Source: Sphyrna mokarran (lineage: Eukaryota). From it: DNA of 64,000 nt. This document shows, piece by piece, positions 13,370-28,340 of the stretch. The position numbers and the translations under genes were made by a program. The stretch covers positions 62,930,001 through 62,994,000 of the forward strand of contig JAGIQG010000004.1 in NCBI GenBank assembly GCA_024679065.1, in the 5' to 3' direction. Position 1 is the first letter of the stretch. Each line of letters opens with the position of its first letter. The notes under the pieces were generated by a model. That model searched no databases. It was not told the DNA's origin and worked only from the letters and a program-made list of their open reading frames with translations.

Positions 13370-16300
13370 CAGATGAATGCATAGCTTGAGAGCTGGTGCA
13401 AGGGGCAGGGATTTAGATTTTGAGATCATTGGGATGTCTTCTTGGGAAAGACTGACCTGTTCAAGAAGGGCAATTACAAATGAACTGCAGGGTTACTAAT
13501 ATCCTGATGGATAAATTTGCTAAAGCTGCTCAGGAGGGAATAAGCTACTTTGGCAGGGAGGTGGGACCAAAGAAGAAGGAACACAGAAGAGAACGTTGAT
13601 GATAGCACAAAAGTTAAACACGACATGTTAACTACTAAAGGCAGTGTCAGTAACCCTAGTGCTAGACAGATCAGTCAAATGCAAGTCAGGAAGCAAGGGA
13701 ACTCCAGATTAAACTTCATTTATTTCAATGCAAGTGGTCTGACAGGCAAGGCAGGTGAACTTAGGGCATGGATGGGTACATGGGACTGGGATATTATATC
13801 AACTACTGAAACATGGCTGAGGGAAGAGCAGGACTGGCAGCTTCATGTTCTAGTGTACAGATGCGATTGGAATGATAGAACAAGAGGTAATAGAGGATGC
13901 GGATTGCACTTTTGATTAAGAAAACACGATGGCAGTTTTGAAAGAGGATAAATCCAAGGCTTTGTGCACTGACTGTATATGGATGGAACTAAGAAATAAA
14001 ATGGGGAAAATTACTTTGATGGGGTCATAACATAGGTCCTTAAATAGTCGGTGTGAAATTGAGGACCAACTAAGTAATAAGACTATGGGAACTCAAAAAA
14101 GGTGGTAAAAATAGGGTATTTTGCCTTTCCAAACATTGACTGGGATAGCAGTAGTATTAGGGGTTTGGATGGATAGAAATCTATTGAGTCTATTCAGGAA
14201 GAATTTTTCACACAACATTTGAATGGCCCGACTAGAGAGGGGGGCAAAACTTGATCTCCTCTTGGAAAATAACGAATGGCAGATGACACAAGTGTTTGTG
14301 AAGGATCACTTTGGGACCAGGAGAGCAAAAAGGGGACACAAGATTGTTTTTTTAAGGCAAAGGAAAATCCAAACAACTGCTACAAATGCATAAAGGCCAA
14401 AAGAGTAACTGGGGGAGAGAAGAATCACTTACGGATCATCACGGTTATCTATGCATGGATCCACAAGAGATATGTGAGATCTTAAATTTTTCATCTGTAT
14501 TCATTGTTGAGAAAAGCATGGAAATTTAAGGAACCTGGGCAAATAAATAGTGATGTCTTGAGGAGTGTTCATTTACCAGAGAAGGAGATGCTGGTAGTCT
14601 TAAAGTACATCATAGAACATAGAACATAGAACATTACAGCACAGAACAGGCCCTTCGGCCTTCGATGTTGTGCCAACCAAAATAAAAAGCAATGCCCCTC
14701 CAAACTAAACCATTCCCTTCTCATCCATATACTTATCAACTAACCTCTTAAACGCCACCAAACTTGGCGCATCTACAACAGCTGCAGGCAGGGCATTCCA
14801 CTCCCTAAATCACTCTTTGAGTAAAGAACCTACCTCTGATATCCGTCCTATAACTCATACCCCTTAATTTAAAGCTGTGTCCCCTCGTGCTAGCTTTCTC
14901 CATCCTAGGAAAAAGGCTATCACTGTCCACCCTATCTAAACCTCTAATCATCTTATATGCTTCAATAAGATCCCTCTTAGCCGCCTCCTTTCTAACGAAA
15001 ACAACCTCAAATCCTTCAACCTCTCTTCATAGGACCTGCCTCCATACCAGGCAACATCCTGGTAAACCTCCTCTGTACCCTCTCCAATGCCTCCACATCT
15101 TTCTTATAATGTGGGGACCAGAACTGCACACAATACTCCAAGTGCGGCCGCACTAGAGTTTTGTACAGTTGCAACAAGATGCTGCGGCTCCTAAATTCAA
15201 TCCCCCTACCAATAAAAGCTAAGACTCCATATGCCTTCTTAACAACTTTATCCACTTGACTGCCTACTTTCAGGGATCTATTGACACATACACCAAGATC
15301 CTTTTGTTCCTCAACACTATTAAGAGCCCTACCATTAGCCCTATACTCTACACATTTATTATTCCTGCCAAAGTGCATTACCTCACGCTTTTCCACATTA
15401 AACTCCATTGCCACCTCTCAGCCCAGCTCTGCAACTTGTCCAAGTCTCTCTGCAAACTATAACACCCCTCTTCACTATCTACCACTCCACGACTTTAGTG
15501 TCATCTGCAAATTTACTAATCCATCCTTCAATACCCTCATCCAGATCATTTATAAAAATTACAAACAGCAGGGGCCCCAAAACAGACCCCTGAGGTACAC
15601 CACTTGTCACCGAACTCCACGATGAATATCTCCATCAACCACCACCCTCTGTCTTCTATCTGCCAGCCAATTCCTAATCCAATTAGCTAAATCACCCTCT
15701 ATTCCACACCTCTGCATTTTCTGTAGAAGTCTTCCATGGGCCACCTTATCAAACGCCTTACTAAAGTCCATATATACTACATCAACTGCCTTACCCCCAT
15801 CCACCTCTTTGGTCACTTTCTCAAAAAACTCAATGAGGTTAGTAAGGCATGACCTACCCTTCAGGGTAGATTAATTCCCAGAATCTGATGAAGTGTATCC
15901 CAGGATGCTGTGGGAGTCAAGGGAAGAAATTTCGGGTCCTCTAGCAGAGATATTTGAATGATTGATAGTCACAGGTAAGGTACTTGAAGACTGGAAGGTA
16001 GCAAATGTTGTGCCTTTGTTTAAAAAGGACTGCTGTGAAAAGTCTAGGAACTACAGGCCAAGGAGCCTCACACCTGTAGTGGGTAAGTTATAAGCATTTT
16101 GAAAGACAGCATTGATTAAGGATAATCAATCCTGTCTTGTGGTTTTGTGAGTGGAAAATCATGCCTCACAAATTTGATTGAGGTTTTTGAAGGGGTAACC
16201 AAAAAAGTAGATGAGGACAGTGCAAGCTTATGTTCTCTACATGGACTTTAGCAAGGTCTTTGACAAGGTACAACATGGTGGGTGATTGCATAAAGTTAAA

Positions 16301-17380
16301 TCTCATGGGATCCATGATGATGTAGCCAAATGGATATAAAATTGGCTTGATGACAGAAGCCAGAAGGTCATTGCAGAGGGTTGTTTTTCAAACTGGAGGC
16401 CTGTCACCAGTGGTGTGCCTCAGAGTTTGATGTTGGGCCCACTGTTATTTGTCATTTCTATTAATGATTTGGATGAGAATTTAGTAGGCATAGCTAGTAA
16501 GTTTCAGATGACACCAAGATTGGTGGCATAATGGGTAGTGAAGAAGGTTATCTAGGATTGCAGTGGGTTCTTGATCAATTGGGCAGTGGGTTGATGAATG
16601 GATGATGGAGATTCATTTCGATAAATGTGAGGTGATGCATTTTGTTAGATTTAGCCAGGGCAGACTTATTCAGTTAATGATAGGGTGTTGGGGAGAGTTA
16701 TAGTCCAAAGAGATGTAGAGGTACTAGATCCTTGAATGGAGAGTCACAGTTGGATGTAGTGGTGAAGAAGGCATTTGGCATGCTTGGTTTCATTGGACAG
16801 AACGTTGAATATAGGTGTTGGGATGTCTTGTTGAAATTGTGCAAGACATTGGGAAGACCACACTTGAAATAATGTGTACAGTTCTCTTCACCCTAGTAAA
16901 GAAAGAATATTATTAAACTAGAAAGAGTGCAAAAAAGATTTACTAGGATGCTACCGGGACTTGATGGTTTGAGTTAGAAAGAGAGGCTGGATAAACTGGG
17001 ATTTCTTTTTCCTCTCTGGAATGTAGAAGTCTTACGATGTGCTTATCTAACTCTATAAAATAATGAGCGGCATAGATCAGCTAGATAGTAAATACCTTTG
17101 CCTAAAGGCAGTGGAATCTAAAAGTAGATGACATATGTTTAAGGTGCTGGGTGAGAGAAACAGAAGGACCCAGAGCATGGTGAGAGTTTGGAATGAGCTG
17201 CCAGAGATAGTAGGAGAGGTGAGTGCAATTTTATCTTATAAAGACAGTTAGACGGATATAGAGTGATAGGGCCAAACACAGTCAATTGGGATTAGCTTAA
17301 GGATTTTTAAAAAGGGTGGCATGGACAAGTTGGGTCGGAGGGTCTGTTTCCATGCTGTAAACCTGTATGACTCTATAACT
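13370..17380 (+). mobile_element. Older degenerate CR1 (ORF1 end to 3' tail), split by a younger CR1 at 14611-15863
   Basis: IYFNAS...TETW at 13716-13820, RT motifs at 16100-16520 and tail near 17360. Confidence 0.8.
14611..15863 (-). mobile_element. 5'-truncated CR1 LINE, family A
   Basis: RT fragments 15016-15414 and 15607-15816; (AGAACAT)n tail. Confidence 0.92.
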
Positions 17381-17629
17381 CTATTGAATTTCAATTCCAC
17401 CAAGTGCCATGGTGGGGTTACCCTTGGACTCCGGATTTCAAATCCAACAAAAAACAGCAAAAGTCTATTGCCCCCTTCCGCATCCTAGCCCCTGACACCC
17501 CACCCAAATATTATCTTTAGAAAAGCAATAAATTGTTATTGTTTATTGTGAGGGGAATTGATCATAGATGTGGGCCTCATGCTTCAGTCCTACAAGGCAT
17601 GAGTGTGATCAGATTTAGAGTATTATACA

Positions 17630-18315
17630 AAGAAAGAACAAAGAACAAAACAGCACGGGAAACAGGCCCTTCGGCCCAATAAGTCCATGCCATCACCTTG
17701 ATGCTCCCACTTCTACCCGTCTATGTTTATAGATCTATGCATTGAAACTAAATTTTAGAGAATTTAGGGAGAATTTGTTCTGCCAATCAGCCTAAGAGCA
17801 CATCTTTGGGATGTGGGAGTATATAACAATTGCTTTCATATTTAAGGAAATACATATATACGTTAGGAGCAGTTCAGAGAAGGTTTACTAGATTAATACC
17901 AGAGGTGAGCAAGATGTTTTTGGAGGAAAGATTGGATAGGTTAGGTTCATATTTGCTGGAGTTAAGAAGACTAAGAGATGTCTTGATTAAAATCTTGAAA
18001 ATCCTTATAGTTTTGACAGGGTGAATGTAGAAAGCATAAAGAACAAAGAACAAAACAGCACAGGAAACAGGCCCTTTGGCTCAACGAGCCCGCGCTGCCA
18101 CCTCGATGTTCCCCCTCTACCCGTGATCCCTGTCATCCCTGTCTATGTTTATAGATCATGCATTAGAACCAAATTTGAGACAATTTAGGGAGAATTTGTT
18201 CTGCCAATCAGCCTAAGAGCACATCTTTGGGATGTGGGAGGAAACCAGAGCACCCAGAGAAAACCCACACAAGCACGGGGAGAATATGCAAACTCCCACA
18301 GATACAGGCCCAAAT
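17630..18315 (-). mobile_element. Two 3'-end-only CR1 family B copies (17630-17820, 18037-18315) inside a + strand CR1 remnant
   Basis: (CAAAGAA)n tails followed by the family B 3'UTR sequence. Confidence 0.8.
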
Positions 18316-18699
18316 CATTTTTCAGAGAAGTCAGATAATGACTCATTGTTAAAAAAAAGTAAGGGCACAACCTCTTAAGATAGTGGCTGTTGTAGTTGAA
18401 TACAAACGAGTCATCTGAGAGGGCATTGAATTGTTAAGCATTTTAGGATGTGTCCGGAGTCATATGTATTCCAGATCAGATAAGGATAGTAGGTTTCCTT
18501 TCCCAATGGACAATAGTAAATCAGATGTTTTTTTTTCTAACCACAATTGAGAATTTTTCATGATTAGCATTAGACTTCCAATTCCAAATTTATTTGTACA
18601 CACTTGTACACACACTGTAATGTGCCTAACACTTAAGTGCCCTTGGAAATGACGTAACAAGCCATTCAGTTGTACTTTGGATGCTGCCACACATCAGGG

Positions 18700-21600
18700 A
18701 GGGGGAGAGGTACCAGGCCGCTGTGTGTCAGGGGGCAGTCACTCCCGTTAGACTAACTACCTTCATTGGATTCGACCAGAGGTCAGAAACAGGAGGGTTT
18801 GGTTGTGAGTAAGGTGGGTAGAGAGATCCAAGAATCAGGATTGCAGAAGCCTCAGCCCTTGTCCTTGTCCAATAGGTCTGAGTTTCTTGCTCCCTATGTG
18901 AACGAGAGTGGGATATGTAGGGCGGATGTGCAGTATGATCACAGCACCATGGTATTGGAAGCAATACAATTTGAGTCATGTAGAAGGAAAATGTAATTGT
19001 AAGCATGTATAGTATGGTTAGGGGCACAGGCACGCTTCTCTGTGACCAGGATGGAAAGTCTCATGGGTTGCATGAGACTTTGTGTGAAGGTTAGGGAATA
19101 TCTCATCAGGGTTGCAGAGGACTGTGGAATGGGAGGATAAAGATTCTGTTGTCATGGCCCACGGGTCCAAATTAAAAACTGGAAGGAAAAAAGATAATCT
19201 CCACATGATTACCTGAGCCACGAGCTAATTGACACAGAATCAATAAGATTAAAAAGCTAAATGTGTGGCTGAAAGGTTGGTATGCAGCAAATTATTTTCA
19301 ATTCATAGGACATTAACACTAGTACGGAAAAAGGAGAATTCTGTTCAGATGGAATTATTTCACCTGAATCATGCTGGGCAATTCCATAACTCAGGCTGTG
19401 ATAGGGCTTTCAACTAAGAAGCGGGGCAGGTTGAGTTGGATGGAAAATTTGAAAATCAAAATTAAAGGAAGAGGTAGTAGTGCAGGCTTGTGATTGTTAC
19501 CAGAAAGTAAAAGGAAGAGGCAATTCGTGTGACTGTCATTTTTTGACAAGGCATTAAACAGAGTAGGGATATTCAACAATAGAACAATCTTAAAGGTTTT
19601 GTATCTGAGTGTATGAGTATACAGAACAAAATTAATGACTTAACAGTGTTAATTGAGGCAAAGGGATATGATTTGTAACGATTACTGATACATGACTAAA
19701 AGAGACCAAGTCTGGGAGCTGCATAGCTTTGTATTTGAAGGAAGAGATCAGTGCTGTAGTGAGAAATTATATTGGCATTGGGAGATCAAGCCATGGAATC
19801 AGTCCGGATATAAATAAGAAATAGCAATGGAAATAAGTTTCTGGTGAAAGTAATCTATAGGTGCCCACAAAACGGTTCTGCAGTGGGGCAAAGTGTAAAC
19901 CAAGAAATTTTGGGAGCTTGAAAGAAAGATATCATGGTTGATTTTAATTTGCACATATTCTGGACTAATCAAATTGGGAGGTGTAGCCTCGAGGGAGAGT
20001 TCATTGAATGTATTAGACATTGGTTCTTGCAGCAATATGTCGTGGAAACAATGAGGGAGCAGACTACACTGAACCACTATTGTATATCCCCCTACCCCCC
20101 ACCACCACCACCCCTCTTGCAATCCCTCTTGCTTTCTGGAATAAATTTTAATTTTAAGGAATTAAACATCTCCCTAAAAACGGCCATAGTTTAAGGCAGT
20201 TCCTTTAAGCTGCATTTAATTAATTAATTACCACGTAGTGAAGGATGTTCTGGGGAAAAGTGATCATGGTATGATGGAATTCAAAATTCAATTTGAGTGC
20301 GAAATATTGGAGTCCCGCATTCACATTCTGGAGTTAAATAAATGTAATTACGTAGGCACGAGGACAGACTTAACCTAGTGGGCTACACAGGAAGGCTAAA
20401 ATTAGGGCAGTTGATGTCCAGTGATAGTTTTGTAAAGGAAGTATTCAGTTACTGCTAACTGACATATTTTCCAGAGAGGAAGAAATTTTGTAAGAGGGTG
20501 AAGGCTGGGGTTTGGGATGGCATCCACGGCTAAGCAAGGGCATTTATGACAGCAGAAAGGCAAAAAGGCTAAGGTATACCTTATTGCAATGACTGGTAGC
20601 AGGCTGGAAGATTTGGAAACTTTTAAAGAAAACAAAAGATTACTAAACAAAATAATAAAAAGAACAAAAGTAATTTGTGAAGGAAAACTAGCGCAAAATG
20701 AAAAAAAGAAGATAGCAAAATCTCCATAAGTATACAGAAGGAAAGAGACAAACTGTTGAATGTAGATGCATTATATAGCTGGACTTCAGAAAGACTTTTG
20801 AAAAGTGCTGGACAGGAAGTTATTACAAATGATAAGATTACAAGGACTGAGGGATAATTTATCAGCTTGAATAGATGATTGGCTAACTGACAGAATGAAG
20901 AGATTTGGGATAAATGGGTATTTCTGTTTGGCAAGATGAGTCCAATTGAATGCCTTAAGGGTTGGGTCTTTACATGCTTACTATTCACGATCCATATTAA
21001 TGAATTGGATACAAGGATAGAAGGTACTATAGCCAAATTTATAGCTTATTCTAAACTAGTTTGGATAGTAAGTTGCAATGAGGAAATCAGAAAGTTGCAA
21101 GTGGATATAGATAGTTTAGATGTGTTGACCAAAATATAGCAGATGAAGCTTAATGTGGATTAATGTGACATAATCCATTTTAGTTCAAAAACTGAAAAGG
21201 TAACTTGTTTGCTAAATGGGTAGAAAATATTAGCTGCTTCAGTGCAGAGAGATCTGGGAATCACAGAAAACTGGTTTGCAGGTACAGTAGGTAATAAGGA
21301 AAATAAAATGAATTTTGCCATTTATATTTTAAAAAGTAGAGTATAAAAATAAGAAACTATTTCTTCAACTAGACAATACATTGGTGACACAATATCTGGA
21401 GTATTATGTATAGATTTGGTTCCCTCCTTTGAGGAATGATGTTGTGCCATTGGAGGCAGCTCAAGTGAGTGCATTCACTTTATTCCAAAAACGAGGGATT
21501 TATCATATGAGTTGAGACTGAACAGTTTAGACTTATACAATCTAGTGTTTCAAAGAATGAGAGGAGATTTAATTGAGGATTATAAGGTGATTAAAGATTG

Positions 21601-21960
21601 AGACAAAGGAGCCATCGAGTGGATACTTCCTCTTGTGAGGCCATCATGACCAAGAGTTCATGGTTTTAGGATAAAGGCTAACAGACTTAAAATAGAGATT
21701 AGGAGAAATTACATCCTTCGAAGGATTGTGAATCTATGCAATTTATTGCCCCAAAATGTGGTTGATGTCGAGTCACTGAGTCAATATAAGGAGGATATTG
21801 ACCTTTTATCTTTAATTAGCAGTGCGTTGAAGGGATGTGGAAAACAATAAAGCAAGTGGTGTTTAGGCGAAGATGTGATTAGTCATGATCATATTCGAAG
21901 GCAAAGCAGGCGCAAGGTGCTGAATTGTGTATTTCTGCTTACAGTTCTTATGATTTTATG
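18700..21960 (+). mobile_element. Old, heavily decayed near full-length CR1
   Basis: ORF1-like segment (LSNRSEFL), endonuclease-like segment 19590-20290, RT-like segment 20760-21200 and a CR1 3' end. Confidence 0.7.
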
Positions 21961-22329
21961 TCCTGACAAAACTGAAACTGCTGATGCAATCAAATGTTAT
22001 GTGCATATTCTGGATTGTCTAGTTTCAAAGTCAAAAATTGAATTCATATTTCTCCTAATTGTTCACACACTTCGAATTTAGTAGAATATGTAAAAAAAAA
22101 CTTGGAATGTGAATTTGCGATTCACTAAAGAACCAACTGCATGGGAATATGCTGAGAAAAATTGAGAGAGGCAACACAAGCTTTCATTTGTTGGTTTTTC
22201 TCTGTTTTCAAAGTGAGTGAGCAATAAAATCACACAAAATGACCTTCGGATGGCCTTCAGCATGAAATAAGCTTATAGTGTAAGGCCAAGTTGCGAATGG
22301 CACTGTACGTCGTGCAATCATCAGCAATC

Positions 22330-23990
22330 ATTCCAATTCTGATCATACGATGGAAGGAAGGTCATTGATGAAGCAGCTTGAAGATCGCTGGACCTAGGGC
22401 ATTACTCTGAGAAAAACCTGCTGTGTTGTCATGATTTATCTAAAAATAAAACTACAACTACCTTTCTTTGTGTCAAATATGACTTTAACTAATAGAAAGT
22501 TCTCCTGATTCCCATTGACTACAATTTAACCAGGGGTCCTTGACGGTGCTCTCGATCAAATGTGCTTTTGATGTAAAGGGTTGTCACTATCAGCTCACCT
22601 TTAAGTTGAGCTTTGTTGTCCATATTTGAAATAAGGCAATGACGCCTTAAGTTGAGTGTACCCAGAAGAACTCAAACTGAGCATCCGAGAGCAAGTTGTT
22701 CCTGAGCAAGCATCGCTTGATTGCATAACACTCAACCACTTGCATCACTTTTCTCGTGACTGAGAGTTAACAGTTGGGACAGTGCTTGGTAAGACTGGAT
22801 ATGTTTTGCTTTCCATGTACCATAAATATCTGAGCAATTGTGCACACTGCTGGAGATGCCTGTGCTGTATTGGGACAGCTTGATTAGGGCCATATAATTT
22901 TGGAGTATAAATCTTCGGGATCATCTGTCTGGGTCCATAGATGTTGCTGTATCATGTGAATTTAGTCATTCATTGGTTTCAGATGAAGTGAACTGAATTG
23001 GTTGAAGATTAGTATCTGTGATGCTGCAGAAGGCCAAGGTGGATTTCTACTCCGTGCTGTTGGCTGAAGATTGTTTCAAATGCATCAAACATTTATTTCG
23101 AACTGAGGTGTTGCCGTTCAGCATTCCCCCATCTCCCATCCTGGCCCCCACCCCCCTCACTAAATCTTCCCCTACCATTGAATTGTTTAATTGTCTATCA
23201 CCATTCATGAATCAACTTGACATCACTGCATAGCTTCATCCAAACTCATGGTTGTGGGATAGCTGGGCTCTATGTATTACATGCTGCTTCCGGTTATTGG
23301 CATGCAAGCAATCTTGTATGGTAGCATCATTTGTTTGACAGTTCGGTTTTAGATATGCCTGCTGCAGCGTCTGACATTCCCTTATTGCACTGATCATTAA
23401 ATCATAGTTAATTCCCTAGTTGATGGAATGATAGGGAAGGGCAATGCAGTGCTATTCCATTGCCAATTGTAGGTGTGCAAAACTCTGCTGCTGCTGAAAA
23501 TCATGATGTGGAGATGCTGGCGTAGGACTAGGATAAGTACAGTAAAAAGTTTCACAACACCAGGTTAAAGTCCAACAAGTTTATTTGTAGCGAAGGCCAC
23601 TAATTTTCAGAACTGGTTGTTCCTGAAGGTCCACAGTGCCTCATAGATATACAGATTTGAATTACTAAATCATTTCAAAGTCTTTCCAATTTCTCACAAA
23701 AAGAGTATCACACAATGTATGGAAGATATCCAAAATATAATGGGTGGACTTAATCACCACAAGGATTATGTGAAGGTTACTCTTATACTGTAACTGGCAG
23801 ATACAAGAGCAAAAGAAAATGGGTGATGACGAATGCTGGGACGTTTCTTCCTCATGCCTTTTGCCTTACCATTTGCTGAAAACCCTGTGTAGAAAGGGTG
23901 CCCTTCAGCACTTGTCAACACAATGATTATTTGAGATGGGGCCAATTCTATGATAGACTTTGAAGACCCCACCTACAAAATGTTCTGTTT
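22330..23990 (-). mobile_element. Old non-LTR element of the same family as 6240-9120
   Basis: Shares sequence with 6920-7400 and 8300-8850. Confidence 0.6.
23501..23622. mobile_element. Penelope-derived short repeat (pLTR-like)
   Basis: cacaacaccaggttaaagtccaacaagtttatt; related copies at 37805-37940, 39400-39500 and 51666-51888. Confidence 0.6.
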
Positions 23991-24069
23991 CCACCATTAT
24001 TTAATTAATTATTGAGATCTCTGGTTAGGCTAGCATTTATTGCTCACAGCTAACTTTTATGTTTGCTTT

Positions 24070-26258
24070 AACATTAACTTTACTGATGGAAAGGGGTAGG
24101 TATATACTGCAGGGCAAGAGTTATAGCTGGGATAAAGGAAATTGTGATGCAATTACATGAAATTTAGGATGCATAGGATGTGGAAGGAAACTGCAGATAA
24201 TGGGCAAAATACAAATGTGGAGATTTCTCAAGGAACAGCTACTGTGTGTCTTTGATAAGTACGTATCTGTCAGGCAGGTGGTTGAGCGAGGGAACCATGG
24301 TTCACTAAAGAAGTTGAATCTCTAGTGAAGGACAGTTATGTAATAATAAGACATGAAGGCGCTTGAGAGTTACAAGTTAGCATGGAGGATCTAAAGAGAG
24401 AGCTAAGAAGACGCAAAAGGTGACATGAGAAGTCTTTGGCAGATAGGATCAACAAAAAAACCCTAAAACTTTCTATAGGTATGTCAAGAGTAAAAGAATG
24501 ACTAGGGTAAGATTAGGGCCAGTCAAAGACAGTAGTGGAAAGTTGTGCATGGATTCCAAAGAGATAGGAGAGGTACTATATGAATACTTTTTTTCAGTAT
24601 TCACACAGGAAAAAAAAGACAATGTCGTCGAAGAGAATACTGAGATACAGGCTATTAGACTATTTAGTATTGAGGTTCATAAAGAGGAGGTGTTAGCAAT
24701 TCTGGTAAATGTGAAAATAGGTAAGTCCCCTGGGCCAGATGGGATTTATCCTAGGATTCTCTGGAAAGCTAGGGAGGAGATTGCAGAGCGTTTGGCTTTG
24801 ATCTTTATGTCATCATTGTCTACAGGAATAATGCCAGAAGACTGGAAAATAGCAAATGTTGTCTCCTAGTTCAAGAAGGAGAGTAGAGACAACCCTGTTA
24901 ATTATAGACAAGTGAACCTTTGTTGTGAGCAAAGTTTTGGAAAACATTATAAGAGATAATCATTTAGGAAAGAATAATTTGATTAGGGATAGTCAATACG
25001 GTTTTTTGAAGTTAGGTCATGCCTCACAAAACTTATTCAGTTATTTGAGAAAGGTATCAAAGAAGTGAATGAGGGTAAATTAGTTGATGCAGTGTATATG
25101 GATATCAGTAAAGCATTTGATAAGGTTCCCACGGTAGGCTATTGCAGAAAATATGAAAGCATGGGATTGATGGTGATTTACTGATTTGGGTCAGAAATTG
25201 ACTAGCTGTAAGAAGACAGAGGGTTGTGGTTGTTGGGAAATGTTCATCCTGGAGTTCAGTTACTAGTGGTGTACTGCAAGGAACTGTTTTGGAGCCACTG
25301 TTATTAGTCATTTTTATAAATGAGCTGGTTGAGGGCATAGGAATATGGATTAGTTAGTTTGCAGATGACACCAAAGTCGGTGGAGTTGTGGACTATGCAG
25401 AAGACTGTTGCAGGCTACAGAGAGACATAGATAAGCTGCAGAGCTGGACTGGGTGGTGGCAAATGGAGTTTAATGCAAAAAGGCGTGAGACAATTCACTT
25501 TGGGAGCAGTAAAGGAACACAAAGTACCAGGCTAACGGTAAGATACTTGGTAGTGTGGATGCACAGAGATATTGCGGTGTCCATGTGCATAGATCCATGA
25601 AAGTTGACACCCAGGTTGATAGGGTTGTTAAGAAGGTGTATGGTGTGTTAGCTTTTATTGGTAGAGCAATTGAGTTTTGGAACAATGAATTAATGTTGTA
25701 GCTGTACAAACACTGGTGCAGCTGCACTTGGAGTTTTGCGTACAGTTCTGTTCGCTACATTATAAGAAGGATGTAGAAGCATTGGAAAGGGTGCAGGGAA
25801 GATTTAATAGCACATTGCCTGGCATGATGGGAATGTCTTATGAAGAATGGCTGAGGGACTTGAGGTTGTTTTCGTTAGAGAGCAGGAGATTAAGGGGTGA
25901 CTTGATAGAGGCACAGCAAGATGATCAGAAGATTAGGTAAGGTGGACAGTAAGAGTCTTTTTCCTCAGATGATGATGGCTAGCATAAGGAGATATACCTT
26001 TAAATTAAGGGATGGTATATATAGGCCAAATGTCAGAGGTAGGTTCTTTACTCAGAGACTAGTAAGGGCATAGAATGCCCTGCCTGCAACAGTAGTGGAC
26101 TCGCCAACATTAGGGGCATTTAAATAGTCATTGGATAAATGTATGGATGACATTATAATTGTGTAGATTAGATGGGCTTTAGATTAGCTTCACAGATCGG
26201 CACAATATTGAGGGTCAAAGGGCCTGTACTGCGCTGTAATGTTGTATTTCTATGTTCT
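24070..26258 (+). mobile_element. 5'-truncated degenerate CR1 (family A-related)
   Basis: KSPGPDGIYPRIL, FADD region and ttctatgttct tail. Confidence 0.9.
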
Positions 26259-26504
26259 AAGTGATCTTCAGAAGGTAGTAATGGGCTCTGATCTTGAGCC
26301 ACTGCAGTCCATATATGACTGTATACCCATAGTGCAGTTAGGAACAGAATTTCAAGATTTTGATCTAGTGAAAAAATGCCAATATAGTTCCAAATCAAGA
26401 TGATGAATGTCTCTAAATGGAAATTCGAGGCAGTGGTAGTTTCATGTCATCACTGACATTATCCATCTGAATAGTGCATTGGAAGATGCTGTCTAAGGAA
26501 CTAA

Positions 26505-27340
26505 AGAATGAACAAAGAACATTATAGCACAGGAATAGACACTTCACCCATCCCCCCACCTCAAGCCTGCACTGGCCATACTGCCTGACTTAACTAAAAC
26601 CCCCTATGCTTCCAGGGACCATATCCCACTATTTCCATCTCATTTGTGTATTTGGAAAGATGTCCCTTAAAAGCCACTATCGTATCCAGTTCCACTACCT
26701 CTCCCGGCAATGAGTTCCAGGCACCCACCACTCTCCATGTAAAAAATCTGTCTCGTTCATCTCTTTTAAAACTTGCTCCTTGCACCTTAAGACTATAGAA
26801 CATAGAGCATAGAACATTACTTCACAGTACAGGCCCTTCGGACCTCGATGTTGCGCTGACCAATAGAACCAATTTTATGACCCTCTAACCTAAGCTATTC
26901 CAATGTTGTCCATAAGCCTATCCACTGACCATTCAAACGCCCTTAAACTTGGTGAGTCCACAACTGCTGCAGGCAGGGCATTCCACCCCCTTACTACCCT
27001 CTGAGTAAAGAACCCACTTCTAACATCCATCCGATAACTACCATCCCTTAATTTAAAGCTATGACCCCTCGTGTTAACCATCACCACCCGAGGAAAAAGG
27101 CTCAGTATTCATTCAAGATCTCCGCCATTCCCTCGGGCTCTAAGCACAGTTCCCCTCCTCTGTCCTTAAGAGGTCCGATTTTTCCTCTAACCACTTTTTT
27201 ATTCCTAACATGGGAGTAAAAAGCCTTTGGATTTTCCTTAATCCTATCTGCCAAATCATTTCATGCCCCCTTTTTGCCCTTGTAACTCCTCGTTTAAGCT
27301 CCCTCCTACTCTTTCTATATTCCTCCAACACTGTCTCAAG
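26505..27340 (-). mobile_element. Cluster of three CR1 fragments
   Basis: ORFs 26594-26803 and 26890-27087 (FFTQRVV) and 27140-27400. Confidence 0.8.
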
Positions 27341-28340
27341 TTGAACCTTATTTGGGGAATCCAGAGTTATTAAGGATTTTGGAACTAAATTTGGTGACAC
27401 ATGTGCTGGAGGAACTACCAGTTAATCAATGAGATCAAACTCTATTGTCCAAGCCCTTTAAATGTCTGCTCTATTAGCATCAACATATGGGAAGCAAATG
27501 TCCAATTGCAACCAAACTGACTATTTGTCAAAAACAATTGTGTCAAGGCATTCCAATCAACAAGCACAGTCACCAAAACAGAAAGGTGAGAGAGATGGTA
27601 CGGGAAGGCAGCTGCTCTAAAACAACAAACCACCATCTCTACCGGATGACAACTGATAACTTCTATGTGGGAAAGCCAATAAGCCTACAACAGGGCTCGT
27701 ATGACATTTTAGTCAACATTGACATCTCATTTAAACTAGCAATCTGCAGGACAATCCATCCCCGACATGAGGAACTGTTAATGCTTGATAGTGAACTGTG
27801 TAGAACGTTTAGAAACTTTAAATTCAGTCCACTGCAAAGTTTCCAAGTTGCATTAAGTAATCCTACTCAGATTCAAAAGCAAAGGCCTCTGCATCAAAAA
27901 AAATGTCCTCTCTGTCTTTGACTGAGCGAATTGCTGCAATGCATCGTGTATATGATGCACACTACTGTATTTCAGAGAAGGAGCGAATGAATATTTGTGG
28001 AAGGGGTGCCAGTAACTTGGGGTTCTTTATCCTGGATGATGACAAGTTTTTTGCAATATTGCTGGAGCTATATGCATCCAGGTAAGTGCAAAATCTTCTA
28101 TCAGAATCTTAAATTATGCTTTGTAGATGATAGACAGGCTTTGGGATTCTGAAGCTGAATTATCTTTGGCTGGATTCCTAGCTTCAAATCTGTCATTACA
28201 GCCATATTGTACAGCTGGCTAGTCCAGTTAAGTTTCTGGTCACCCTTAACTCCACAGCAGTCACCAAAACTGAAACTGTTGTTTCAGTTTTGGCACTTAA
28301 CCATGATTCATTCGTACCTGTTTGATATAACTTAGTGGGT

